A program made the translations under genes and the position numbers. From positions 1 through 52,474 of the forward strand of contig JBGQKH010000003.1 of assembly GCA_041499395.1 (NCBI GenBank): DNA of 52,474 nucleotides, read 5' to 3'. Every line of letters starts with the position of its first letter. The first letter of the stretch is position 1. The notes beneath the pieces are model-generated. The model ran no database searches and was not told the origin of the DNA. It worked only from the letters and a program-made list of their open reading frames with translations. The stretch comes from Candidatus Limnocylindria bacterium. Its GTDB lineage: Bacteria; Chloroflexota; Limnocylindria; QHBO01. Shown here piece by piece: positions 44,607 through 52,474 of the stretch.

Positions 44607-45458
44607 ATGCGCATCAAGACGCTGGCCGTCGTCCTGATCAGCGCCATGTCGCTCTTCACCGCCTTCTACTGGATCACCGACCCCGCCCGCCGCGAGGCGG
44701 CCTACCAGACCCAGATCAAGGAGCTGCTCGCCTACGGGGCGGAGGTCTTCATGCCGGCCGACCCGCAGTTCCCCGACCACGCCGGCTGCGCCTCGTGCCA
44801 CGGCATCGACGGGACCGGCGGGCAGGTCGGGACCACCGGGCGCCTCGCCCCGAACCTGCACTCCAAGAGCATCTACGAGAAGCTGCGGGCGCAGAACGGC
44901 GGATCATTCACCGACATCCGCAAGCCGGGTGACCCGCCCGACTACGTCAACCTGGTGGTCCGCTTCGGCGGCGTGGTCGTGTCGGGCGACGTCAACTCGC
45001 CGATGCCGGCCTGGAGCACGGAGGTGGGCGGGCCGCTGACCATCAACCAGATTGACGCGGTCACGGCGCTGGTCGAGACCTGGGCCCTGGAGGCCGGCAA
45101 GCAGCCCGATGTGCAGGTCCCGAACTCGGTCGACGCCGGCGCGAAGGTCTACGTCGACTCCGGCTGCGGCGGCTGCCACGGGCCGCAGCTCGCCGGCGTG
45201 GCCGGCACCTTCCCGAACCTGACGAACATCGGCAACGCCCCGGTGACCGACCTGCCGACCCCCATCGCCCACCTGGACAAGCTCCAGGCGGACTACGGCG
45301 CCGACCCGCGCGCGTTCCTCGAGAAGTGGATCCGCGACTCGTCGGTCAACTACAACGACGGCACCGCCACCGGCATGCCGGTCCATCCCGAGGGGAAGAT
45401 CAGCGCATCGGCCCTGCAGGCGCTCATCACCTTCCTGCTGAGCCACAAGGGCACCTGA
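44607..45458 (+). CDS. Membrane-anchored diheme cytochrome c
   Basis: CASCH and CGGCH, each followed by an MP distal-ligand motif. N-terminal TM. Confidence 0.9.
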   Translation: MRIKTLAVVLISAMSLFTAFYWITDPARREAAYQTQIKELLAYGAEVFMPADPQFPDHAGCASCHGIDGTGGQVGTTGRLAPNLHSKSIYEKLRAQNGGSFTDIRKPGDPPDYVNLVVRFGGVVVSGDVNSPMPAWSTEVGGPLTINQIDAVTALVETWALEAGKQPDVQVPNSVDAGAKVYVDSGCGGCHGPQLAGVAGTFPNLTNIGNAPVTDLPTPIAHLDKLQADYGADPRAFLEKWIRDSSVNYNDGTATGMPVHPEGKISASALQALITFLLSHKGT

Positions 45459-45462
45459 GCCG

Positions 45463-46044
45463 ATGTCAAACGCCTACACCGTCCCGCCGCGCCGCGACCT
45501 CGTCTCGCGGGTGGCGCGCGAGATCGACGACTTCATGAGCTGGATGCTCTACGGCTCGGAGACGTGGCTGGTCGCGCTGCTCAAAGGCGTGCCGCTGCTG
45601 CTCTTCCTCTACTTCGTGCTCGGCTACATCCCGAACTACGCCAACACCATCGTCACCCTCTACCTGGGCTTCAGCAAGGACGTGGGCTTCCTGGTCGCCG
45701 TGGTGCTCGTCGGCGGGCCGACCTTCACCCTGGTCCTGATCCTCGCCCTCTGGACCCAGGCGGCCCGCGGCCGGCGCGGCTTCGCCTGGTCGCTCATCCG
45801 CTTCCTCGACTTCCTCCAGTACACCGCGCTGGTACTGGGGATCATCCCGTTCATGCTCTTCAACGTCGCCGGCGGCAGCCTCATCCCGCCGCTCTTCCCG
45901 CTCCAGGCGCTGGCGCTCGGCGCCATCGCGGCGGCCGGCGGAGCGACCGGGCTCGCCTACCTGTGGTTCGAGTACCGCCGCATCAGCCGTCGCGAGGCGG
46001 AGGCTGCGGCCGCCGCCAGCGCCGCCTGGGGATCCCGCGGCTAG
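45463..46044 (+). CDS. Integral membrane protein (about 4 TM) at the end of the Rieske/cytb operon
   Basis: 4 nt after the cytochrome c stop, hydrophobic helices, strong codon bias. Confidence 0.8.
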   Translation: MSNAYTVPPRRDLVSRVAREIDDFMSWMLYGSETWLVALLKGVPLLLFLYFVLGYIPNYANTIVTLYLGFSKDVGFLVAVVLVGGPTFTLVLILALWTQAARGRRGFAWSLIRFLDFLQYTALVLGIIPFMLFNVAGGSLIPPLFPLQALALGAIAAAGGATGLAYLWFEYRRISRREAEAAAAASAAWGSRG

Positions 46045-46057
46045 CCGGTTCACGGCC

Positions 46058-46396
46058 ATCTCCCGGCCGCTCGCCGTCCACCTGGCCTGGTCCTTCGGCA
46101 TCCTTGCCGCGGCCGGCAGCGTCATCGCCTGGGAGCTGAGCGCCAGCTGCCCGCCGGGTGGACCGCTCGCCTTCGGCGACTGCACGGGCGTCCGGCCTTT
46201 CGCGATCGGCGTGCTCGGCTTCGCGGCGCTCCTCTACGTCGGCGGCCTCTCCGCCGTGCTCGCCTGGGTGAGCGGCCTGCGGCGGCGCGGCGTGGCGGAC
46301 GGCACGGCGGCTCGTGACTGGTATCTGCTCGCCGCCGCGGTGGGGCTGCCGGTGGCGCCACTCCTCTCGTTCACCCTCCTCTCGGCGCTCCGCTAG
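46058..46396 (+). CDS. Small membrane protein, start uncertain
   Basis: Track gives 46211..46396, but the frame is open and TM-like upstream (ISRPLAVHLAWSFGILAAAGSVIAW...SCPPGGPLAFGDC). There is no canonical start in that extension. Confidence 0.4.
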   Translation: MSRPLAVHLAWSFGILAAAGSVIAWELSASCPPGGPLAFGDCTGVRPFAIGVLGFAALLYVGGLSAVLAWVSGLRRRGVADGTAARDWYLLAAAVGLPVAPLLSFTLLSALR

Positions 46397-46406
46397 CATG
46401 GGACGC

Positions 46407-47861
46407 ATGACCTCAGCCAGCGCCGATGACCTCCTCGCCCGACTCGATGGCACGGCCCGCATCGAGGGCTCCCGCCTGGTCGTGACCGATCCCCCGCGCT
46501 TCCGGCGCGACGTGATCGAGCGGCTCGTCAACGACGCCGTCTTCAACCCCGAGGCCGAGCTGCGCGACGCGGCCCGCTGGCTGATCTGGAGCGCCTCACA
46601 GGTGCTCGGCTGCGGATCGGCGAGCATCCACGAGCTGTACATGGCGCGCGGTCGCGGCGAGTTCTCTCCCACCCGCTTCACCGTCCCTGCCATCAACTCA
46701 CGGGCGGTCACCTACCTCACCGCGCGCCAGGCCTTCGCCGCCGCGCTGGAGCGGGACGCGGGGGCAGTCATCTTCGAGATCGCGAAGTCCGAGATGGCCT
46801 ACACCGACCAGCGACCCGCGGAATACACGGCGGCGATCTTGGCCGCCGCCATCCGGTCGGAGTGGGCCGGCCCGGTCTTCCTGCAGGGCGACCATTTCCA
46901 GTTCAACGCCAGCAAGTGGAAGGCGGATTCGGGCGCCGAGCTCGACGCGCTCAAGCAGCTCACCAGCGAGGCGGTGGCGGCCGGCTTCCTGAACATCGAC
47001 ATCGACAGCAGCACGCTCGTCGACCTCTCCCAGCCGACCGCCGCCGACGAGCAGCGGGTCAACTGCGCCAACTCGGTCGAGCTGACGGGGCTGATCCGGG
47101 CTATCGAGCCGGACGGCGTGACGGTGAGCATCGGCGGAGAGATCGGGGAGGTGGGCAAGGCCAACTCGACCGAGGAGGAGCTGCGCGCCTACCTGGACGG
47201 CTATTTCGCCCCCCTGCACGGCACCGGGCTCCCGGGGCTGAGCAAGGTGAGCATCCAGACTGGCACGAGCCACGGCGGCGTCGTCCTGCCCGATGGCAGC
47301 GTGGCGCGCGTCAAGATCGACTTCGACACGATGCAGCGGCTCTCGACCGTCGCGCGAGACGAGTACGGCCTGGCCGGCGCCGTGCAGCACGGGGCGAGCA
47401 CCCTGCCCGAGGAAGCCTTCCACCACTTCCCGACCAACGGCACCGCCGAGATCCACCTCGCGACCGGCTTCCAGAACATCCTGTACGACGACGGCGGCCT
47501 GCCGGCCGACCTTCACGCCGAGATGATGGCCTGGTGCGTCGGCAACTGCGCCGACGAGCGCAAGCCGGACGAGACCGAGGAGCAGTTCCTCTACAAGACC
47601 CGCAAAAAGGCGATCGGGCCGTTCAAGAAGGCGCTCTGGACGCTCCCCGCCGAAGCCGAGGCGGAGATCGGTGCCAACCTGCGCAACAAGTTCGGGCTCC
47701 TCTTCGACAAGCTGGGGATCGCCGGCACCCGCTCGCTCGTGGACCGATACGTGACGATCCCGGACCTGCCGCGCCCCCTGCCGGTGGCGCTCGGCGGTGG
47801 CGAGCCGCAAGCCGTGACGGCCCACGCATCGGCCTTCGAGGACGACGGGTCGGGGGAGTAG
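46407..47861 (+). CDS. Class II fructose-bisphosphate aldolase family protein
   Basis: FTVPAIN, QGDH, IDIDSS, GEIGEVG, GTSHGG, VQHGAS. Start at ATG 46407, 7 nt after TAGCAT. Confidence 0.88.
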   Translation: MTSASADDLLARLDGTARIEGSRLVVTDPPRFRRDVIERLVNDAVFNPEAELRDAARWLIWSASQVLGCGSASIHELYMARGRGEFSPTRFTVPAINSRAVTYLTARQAFAAALERDAGAVIFEIAKSEMAYTDQRPAEYTAAILAAAIRSEWAGPVFLQGDHFQFNASKWKADSGAELDALKQLTSEAVAAGFLNIDIDSSTLVDLSQPTAADEQRVNCANSVELTGLIRAIEPDGVTVSIGGEIGEVGKANSTEEELRAYLDGYFAPLHGTGLPGLSKVSIQTGTSHGGVVLPDGSVARVKIDFDTMQRLSTVARDEYGLAGAVQHGASTLPEEAFHHFPTNGTAEIHLATGFQNILYDDGGLPADLHAEMMAWCVGNCADERKPDETEEQFLYKTRKKAIGPFKKALWTLPAEAEAEIGANLRNKFGLLFDKLGIAGTRSLVDRYVTIPDLPRPLPVALGGGEPQAVTAHASAFEDDGSGE

Positions 47862-47864
47862 CCG

Positions 47865-48722
47865 GTGGGCAGCATGCAGCGCAAGTCCCTGGACATGCCC
47901 GACGAGGAGCGGAAGCTCCCGAACGGCGGCGTGCAGATCTGGGAGCTGGGCGACTTCGTGGTCGGGAAGGTCACCTTCGAGCCCGGCTGGCGCTGGTCGA
48001 AGGACGTGAAGCCGATTGCCGGGACCGAGTGGTGCGAGTACCACCACCTCGGCCTGATCATCCAGGGCTCGGTTCACTTCGTGACGGCCGAGGGCCTCGA
48101 GATGGAGGTCAGCGAGGGCTGCCTCTACGAGGTAATGCCCGGGCACGACGCCTGGACGGTGGGCGATATCCCGGCGGTCCAATACGACTTCGCCGGGATG
48201 CGAGCTTTCGCGCTCCCCGCCGCCGGTCGCAGCGAGCGGATCCTTGCCACCCTGGTCTGCACCGACGTCATCGACTCCACCGCGACGGCCGAGCGGCTCG
48301 GTCCCGCGGCCTGGCGCACGATGCTCGCCGACCTCAACGCGGAGAGCCGCCGCCAGATCGACAAGTTCCGAGGCAAGCTGGCCGCGAACACCGGCGACGG
48401 CGTCATTGCGATCTTCGACGGGGCGGAGCGCGCGGTCCGCTGCGCCGCGGCGTTGAGCGAGGGCGCCGCCAAGCTCGGCCTGCGGCTGCGCTGCGGCGTC
48501 CACACCGGCGAGGTCGAGCTGATCCCCGACAACATCCGCGGTGTGGCGGTCCACATCGTCAGCCGCATCGCGGGCCTCGCCTCGGCGGGTGAGGTGCTTG
48601 TCTCCGGCACGACCCACGAGCTGGTCGCTGACTCCGACCTGCGCTTCGAGGACCGTGGTACGCACGAGCTGAAGGGCGTGACCGGGGCGCGCCAGGTCTG
48701 GGCGCTCACCTCCTCGGCCTAG
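47865..48722 (+). CDS. Cupin domain fused to class III adenylate/guanylate cyclase domain
   Basis: Cupin EPGWRWS...C...H.G....G...PGHDAW. Cyclase TDVIDST, TGDG, GVHTGEV, AVH..SRI, GEVLVS, HELKG. Confidence 0.88.
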   Translation: MGSMQRKSLDMPDEERKLPNGGVQIWELGDFVVGKVTFEPGWRWSKDVKPIAGTEWCEYHHLGLIIQGSVHFVTAEGLEMEVSEGCLYEVMPGHDAWTVGDIPAVQYDFAGMRAFALPAAGRSERILATLVCTDVIDSTATAERLGPAAWRTMLADLNAESRRQIDKFRGKLAANTGDGVIAIFDGAERAVRCAAALSEGAAKLGLRLRCGVHTGEVELIPDNIRGVAVHIVSRIAGLASAGEVLVSGTTHELVADSDLRFEDRGTHELKGVTGARQVWALTSSA

Positions 48723-48806
48723 CCACCTCACAGCGTGTGTGATCCGCCTCGATTTGCGCAATGAAGATCAAGACGGAGGCGCGGCACCTCCCCCAGGATT
48801 GACAAC

Positions 48807-49724
48807 GTGAGCACCGCGACGGACACCTTCCTGGCATTCGTGGACGTGCTGTCTGCCGCGCTGGACGACCACGAGACATCGGCGCAGGAGATCGCGAGGC
48901 GCGTCCATCTGTCCCGCTTCCACCTTGACCGGCTGATCGCCACGATCGCCGGCGAGCCGCCAGCGGCGCTGCGGCGTCGCGTCCTGCTGGAGCGAGCCGC
49001 GTATCGGCTGTTGACGACGGACAGGACCGCCCTCGAGGTCGCACTCGAGGCCGGCTACGCATCGCACGAGGCGTTCACCCGGGCCTTCTCCCGTGCCTAC
49101 GGCGCCGGCCCGGCCTCCTGGCGCCGGCATCCGACGCGGATCCAGATCTCGGCGCCCAGCGACGTCCACTTCCATCCACCCGGAGGCCTGAAGCTTCCGG
49201 CCCGAAACGAGGTGAGCCCCATGGACCTCCTGACAAAGATCATCGAGCACCACGTCTGGCTGGTCGGCGAGATGGTTCGCCGGGCCGCCACCCTCGGCGA
49301 TGCGCAGCTCGACGCACCGATCCAGATCTCGGTCGAGGGGGTCGATGACGACCCGACGCTCCGATCCCTCCTCTCCCGGCTGATCGGTCAGATGGCGATG
49401 TGGAACGCGGCCTTCGCCACCCGCGGGTACGACTTTGCCATCGAGCGCGGGGAGAGCATCGCCTCGATGCGCGCGCGGCTCGACGTGGAGGGGCCCGCCT
49501 TCGTGGCGCAGGTCCGGGAGGTGATCGACGGCGGGCGGCTGGACGAGACCTTCGTCGACGCCCTCTGCGAACCACCCGAGGTGTTTACCTACGGCGGCAT
49601 GATCGCCCACGTGCTCACCTTCGCAGCGCACCGTCGCACGCTTGTCGCCGGGGCGCTGGTCGACGCCGGCGTCAAGGACCTCGGCGCGGGCGACCCGATG
49701 CGCTGGGTGGCGCAGCCGGCCTAG
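48807..49724 (+). CDS. AraC-family regulator (N-terminal HTH) fused to DinB-like domain
   Basis: LSRFHLDR, LERAAYRL, VALEAGYASHEAFTRAF..AYG..P. C-terminal EHHVW...PTLRSLL...HVLTFAAHRR. Confidence 0.85.
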   Translation: MSTATDTFLAFVDVLSAALDDHETSAQEIARRVHLSRFHLDRLIATIAGEPPAALRRRVLLERAAYRLLTTDRTALEVALEAGYASHEAFTRAFSRAYGAGPASWRRHPTRIQISAPSDVHFHPPGGLKLPARNEVSPMDLLTKIIEHHVWLVGEMVRRAATLGDAQLDAPIQISVEGVDDDPTLRSLLSRLIGQMAMWNAAFATRGYDFAIERGESIASMRARLDVEGPAFVAQVREVIDGGRLDETFVDALCEPPEVFTYGGMIAHVLTFAAHRRTLVAGALVDAGVKDLGAGDPMRWVAQPA

Positions 49725-49741
49725 CCGGTCCCGGACACGAA

Positions 49742-49768
49742 GAAGCCCCGGTGGTGGGCCGGGGCTTC
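49742..49768. terminator. Intrinsic terminator hairpin between convergent genes
   Basis: GAAGCCCCGG-N7-CCGGGGCTTC, perfect 10-bp stem with a short T-rich run on the minus-strand side. Confidence 0.7.
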
Positions 49769-49792
49769 GACGGGGTGAAGGCGGAAGAGAGA

Positions 49793-50215
49793 CTAGTGGC
49801 AGCCGCCTGCCTTGGCGGGGGAGCCATCGGTGTTGAAGGACTGCCCGCAGGAGCAGCTGCTCACCGCGTTGGGGTTGTTGATGGCGAAGCCCGAGCCCAT
49901 CAGCGAGTCGACGTAGTCGATCTCGGCGCCGGCCACGTGCTGGGCGCTGAAGGCGTCGATCACGACCGGCACCTCGCCATGATGCTCGACCCGGTCGTCA
50001 TCGGCGATGTTGCTGTCGAAGGCCAGGCCGTAGCTGTAGCCCGAGCATCCGCCGCTCTTCACGAAGAGGCGCAGGGCCGCATCGGCTTTTCCCTCGCGCG
50101 AGCGAAGCTCCTGCACCTTGGCGACGGCCGCGTCGGTCATGCTGACCAGCAGCTCGGCGGGGGGTGCGGGGGCGATCGGCGGGGCGGTCTGCGGCGTCGT
50201 CTCGGTCAACGTCAT
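49793..50215 (-). CDS. A-type Fe-S carrier protein (IscA/ErpA/HesB family)
   Basis: GGCSGYSY, IDYVD, NPNA..SCSCGQSF. AGGAG SD and TATACT -10 box. Confidence 0.95.
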   Translation of the reverse strand: MTLTETTPQTAPPIAPAPPAELLVSMTDAAVAKVQELRSREGKADAALRLFVKSGGCSGYSYGLAFDSNIADDDRVEHHGEVPVVIDAFSAQHVAGAEIDYVDSLMGSGFAINNPNAVSSCSCGQSFNTDGSPAKAGGCH

Positions 50216-50394
50216 GAGATCAATACTCCTCTGGCGCGGTTGGCGCCGCGTCGCTCGGAAAGGTCGCTTCGGAAAGTATAGCAGCGGTGCTTGTCCACAC
50301 CGCAATGGCCCGAAAGAACTGGCCGATCCGAGCGCGGTCCTTCCCATCGATCGGTACACTTGGACTCCCACCTGACGCAGCGAGGCACTGAGCC

Positions 50395-51588
50395 GTGAAG
50401 CTTGCCAGCCGCATGGAGCGGATCGGGACCGAGACCGCCTTCGAAGCCGCCGCACGCGCTCGCGCGCTCGAGGCGACCGGCCGCGAAGTCATTCACCTGG
50501 AGATCGGCGAGCCCGACTTCGACACCCCGCGCCACGTCAGCGAGGCGGCGGCGCACGCTCTCCTGGACGAGAAGATGACCCACTACCCGCCGGCAGTCGG
50601 CATCGCGCCGCTGCGCGCGGCCATCGCCGCCGACGTGAAGCGCTGGAAGGGGATCGATGCGACGCCGGAGCAGGTGATCGTGACCCCCGGCGCCAAGCCG
50701 ATCATGTTCTACGCAATGCTCGGCCTCATCAACGAGGGCGACGAGGTTATCTACCCCAACCCCGGCTTCCCGATCTATGAGTCGATGGCTCGATACGTGG
50801 GCGGGGTCGCGGTGCCGGCACCACTGCGCGAGGCCAACGACTTCCGGATGGACGTCGCCGAGGTGGAATCCCTCGTGACCGATAAGACACGGATGATCGT
50901 CACGAACTCGCCCCACAACCCGACTGGCTCGATCCTCACCCCCGAGGACGTGCGCGAGATCGCCAGGATCGCGATCGAGCACGACCTCGTCGTCCTGGCC
51001 GATGAGATCTACGGCCGCCTCCAGTACGAGGGCGAGCCGCTCTCGATCGCGACGCTGCCCGGGATGGCGGAGCGGACGATCACGCTCGATGGGTTCAGCA
51101 AGACCTTCGCCATGACCGGCTGGCGGCTCGGCTACGGGATCGTGCCGGGCTGGATGGCGCAGACCTTCAGCCGCCTGGTGATCAACTCCGTGAGTGGAAC
51201 GAACGCCTTCGCGCAGGCCGGGGCGGTCGCCGCCCTCACCGGCCCGCAGGACTCGGCCGATGCCATGCGCACCGAGTTCATGGCGCGGCGCGAGCTCATC
51301 GTCGCGGGCTTCAACGCCATCCCCGGGGTGAACTGCGTCATGCCGCACGGCGCCTTCTACGCCTTCCCGAACATGCGCTCGTTCGGGAAGTCCAGCAACG
51401 AGATCGCCGATCACCTGCTCTACGACGCGGGCGTCTGCGGCCTCTCCGGCACCGCCTTCGGCAGCTACGGCGAGGGCTACCTGCGCTTCAGCTACGCCAA
51501 CTCGCGCGAGAAGATCGCTGCGGCCCTGGAGCGGGTCGGCGAGTCGCTCGCCAAACTGGAGCGCACCGGGGAGCTCGTGCACGGATGA
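50395..51588 (+). CDS. Class I/II PLP-dependent aminotransferase (aspartate aminotransferase-like)
   Basis: GEPDF, NSPHNPTG, DEIY, GFSKTFAMTGWRLG, GAFY, LRFSYA. Confidence 0.95.
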   Translation: MKLASRMERIGTETAFEAAARARALEATGREVIHLEIGEPDFDTPRHVSEAAAHALLDEKMTHYPPAVGIAPLRAAIAADVKRWKGIDATPEQVIVTPGAKPIMFYAMLGLINEGDEVIYPNPGFPIYESMARYVGGVAVPAPLREANDFRMDVAEVESLVTDKTRMIVTNSPHNPTGSILTPEDVREIARIAIEHDLVVLADEIYGRLQYEGEPLSIATLPGMAERTITLDGFSKTFAMTGWRLGYGIVPGWMAQTFSRLVINSVSGTNAFAQAGAVAALTGPQDSADAMRTEFMARRELIVAGFNAIPGVNCVMPHGAFYAFPNMRSFGKSSNEIADHLLYDAGVCGLSGTAFGSYGEGYLRFSYANSREKIAAALERVGESLAKLERTGELVHG

Positions 51589-52474
51589 CGACCATGGCGC
51601 AGCGGACGGCGGATCGTCTGTACGACGAGGCGGTCCCGTCGTTCGAGCGCTGGGACGCCGTGCGGGAGATCATCGACGAGGCGATCGACCTGGCGCTCAA
51701 CTACCGCCAGAGCGGGCACCCCGGCGGCTCACGCTCCAAGGTGCACATGTTCGTCGCGCTCCTTCTGTCGGGGGCGATGCGCTGGGACATCCGGAAGCCG
51801 TGGCGACCCTTCGCGGATCGGTTCGTGCTCTCGGCCGGTCACACCGTGCCGCTCGTGTACGCGACCCTCGCCGTCCTAAACGAGACGCTGCGTGCGCGGG
51901 CGGAGCGGGATCCCAACCCGGCCTTCAAATTCCCCGATGACGGCCGCTGGGCGCTCACATGGGAGGACCTCCTCAAGCTGCGCCGCCGCGGCGGGCTTCC
52001 CGGCCATGCCGAGATGGAGGGCAAGACCCTCTTCCTGAAGTTCAACACCGGGCCGTCTGGGCACGGCATGCCGCCGTCCGCTGGTGAGGCGGCCGCGCTC
52101 AAGCTGGCCGGGGCCGAGGAGGTCAAGGTCTTCGTGGTCGAGGGCGAGGGTGGCCTGACCCCCGGCGCCAGCCACGAGACGCGCAACACGGCCTGGGGGC
52201 TGGGGCTCAACAACCTCGTCTTCCTGCTCGACTGGAACGACTACGGGATCGACGACGTCGCCATCCACGAGGTGGTCCCGGGCACCCCCGAGACCTGGTT
52301 CAACGCCTACTCCTGGCGCGTGACGGGGACCATGGAGGGCTCGGAGTGGGGTCCCGTGACGCGCGCGGTGCTGGAAGCGGCGCGGGGCGAGAACCCGAAT
52401 CGGGTCCCATCGGTCGCCTGGTTCAAGACCCGCAAGGGGCGCGGCTACGGCAAGTACGACAACAAGAGCCACGG
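51585..52474 (+). CDS. Transketolase-family ThDP enzyme (N-terminal part; runs off the window)
   Basis: Not in the ORF track. Manual translation from ATG 51585: SGHPGGS, DRFVLSAGH, LPGH.E, NTGPSGHG, EGEGG...E......LNNL...DWN, T.KG.G. ATGA overlap. Confidence 0.88.
   Translation, partial: MTTMAQRTADRLYDEAVPSFERWDAVREIIDEAIDLALNYRQSGHPGGSRSKVHMFVALLLSGAMRWDIRKPWRPFADRFVLSAGHTVPLVYATLAVLNETLRARAERDPNPAFKFPDDGRWALTWEDLLKLRRRGGLPGHAEMEGKTLFLKFNTGPSGHGMPPSAGEAAALKLAGAEEVKVFVVEGEGGLTPGASHETRNTAWGLGLNNLVFLLDWNDYGIDDVAIHEVVPGTPETWFNAYSWRVTGTMEGSEWGPVTRAVLEAARGENPNRVPSVAWFKTRKGRGYGKYDNKSH

Noticed and set aside
48728-48753. CRP-like site beside the cyclase gene
   Set aside because: TCACA-N5-TGTGA has the wrong orientation and spacing; the alternative TGTGA-N6-TCGAT has a poor second half-site.
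1-52474. CRISPR arrays, IS elements, prophage, rRNA, dedicated anti-phage operons
   Set aside because: No repeat-spacer periodicity, transposase, integrase, phage structural or rRNA signatures were recognised by eye.

Overview
High-GC bacterial chromosomal segment with dense gene packing. I see no mobile element, prophage or CRISPR array. Gene content is compatible with a monoderm, Chloroflexota-like organism, but that is inference only. In order it carries: rplY (partial), an OmpR/BaeS-type two-component system with htrA, folC-folP-folB, a Cys-rich protein, trxA, a PASTA Ser/Thr kinase, galU and tRNA-Glu(TTC). Next is a DNA-repair neighbourhood (intact ATP-dependent ligase, NERD-like protein, OsmC, Ku, ligase-like protein, WYL-CYTH-WaaL/TPR operon) and a large HTH-GAF-GGDEF-HD-like signalling protein. 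Then come an exported M23 peptidase operon, a TPP riboswitch with thiN and ykoEDC, bcp, an Mre11/YhaN-type pair, a PIG-L deacetylase and a class B PBP. The right end holds a flavo-FeS oxidoreductase/Rieske-cytochrome b6 operon, class II aldolase, a cupin-cyclase fusion, an AraC-DinB fusion, an IscA-type carrier, an aminotransferase and a partial transketolase. The best candidates for undescribed biology are: (1) Ku paired with a ligase-fold protein whose catalytic motifs are all substituted, with an intact ligase nearby; (2) a b6-type Rieske/cytb complex translationally coupled to an NAD(P)-linked DsrL/GltD-like flavoprotein; (3) a BldC/Xis-like DNA-binding domain fused to a diguanylate cyclase, flanked by helically phased direct repeats; (4) an AraC-DinB gene with an internal SD+ATG at the domain boundary. 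All family calls come from motif recognition by eye; no searches were run.
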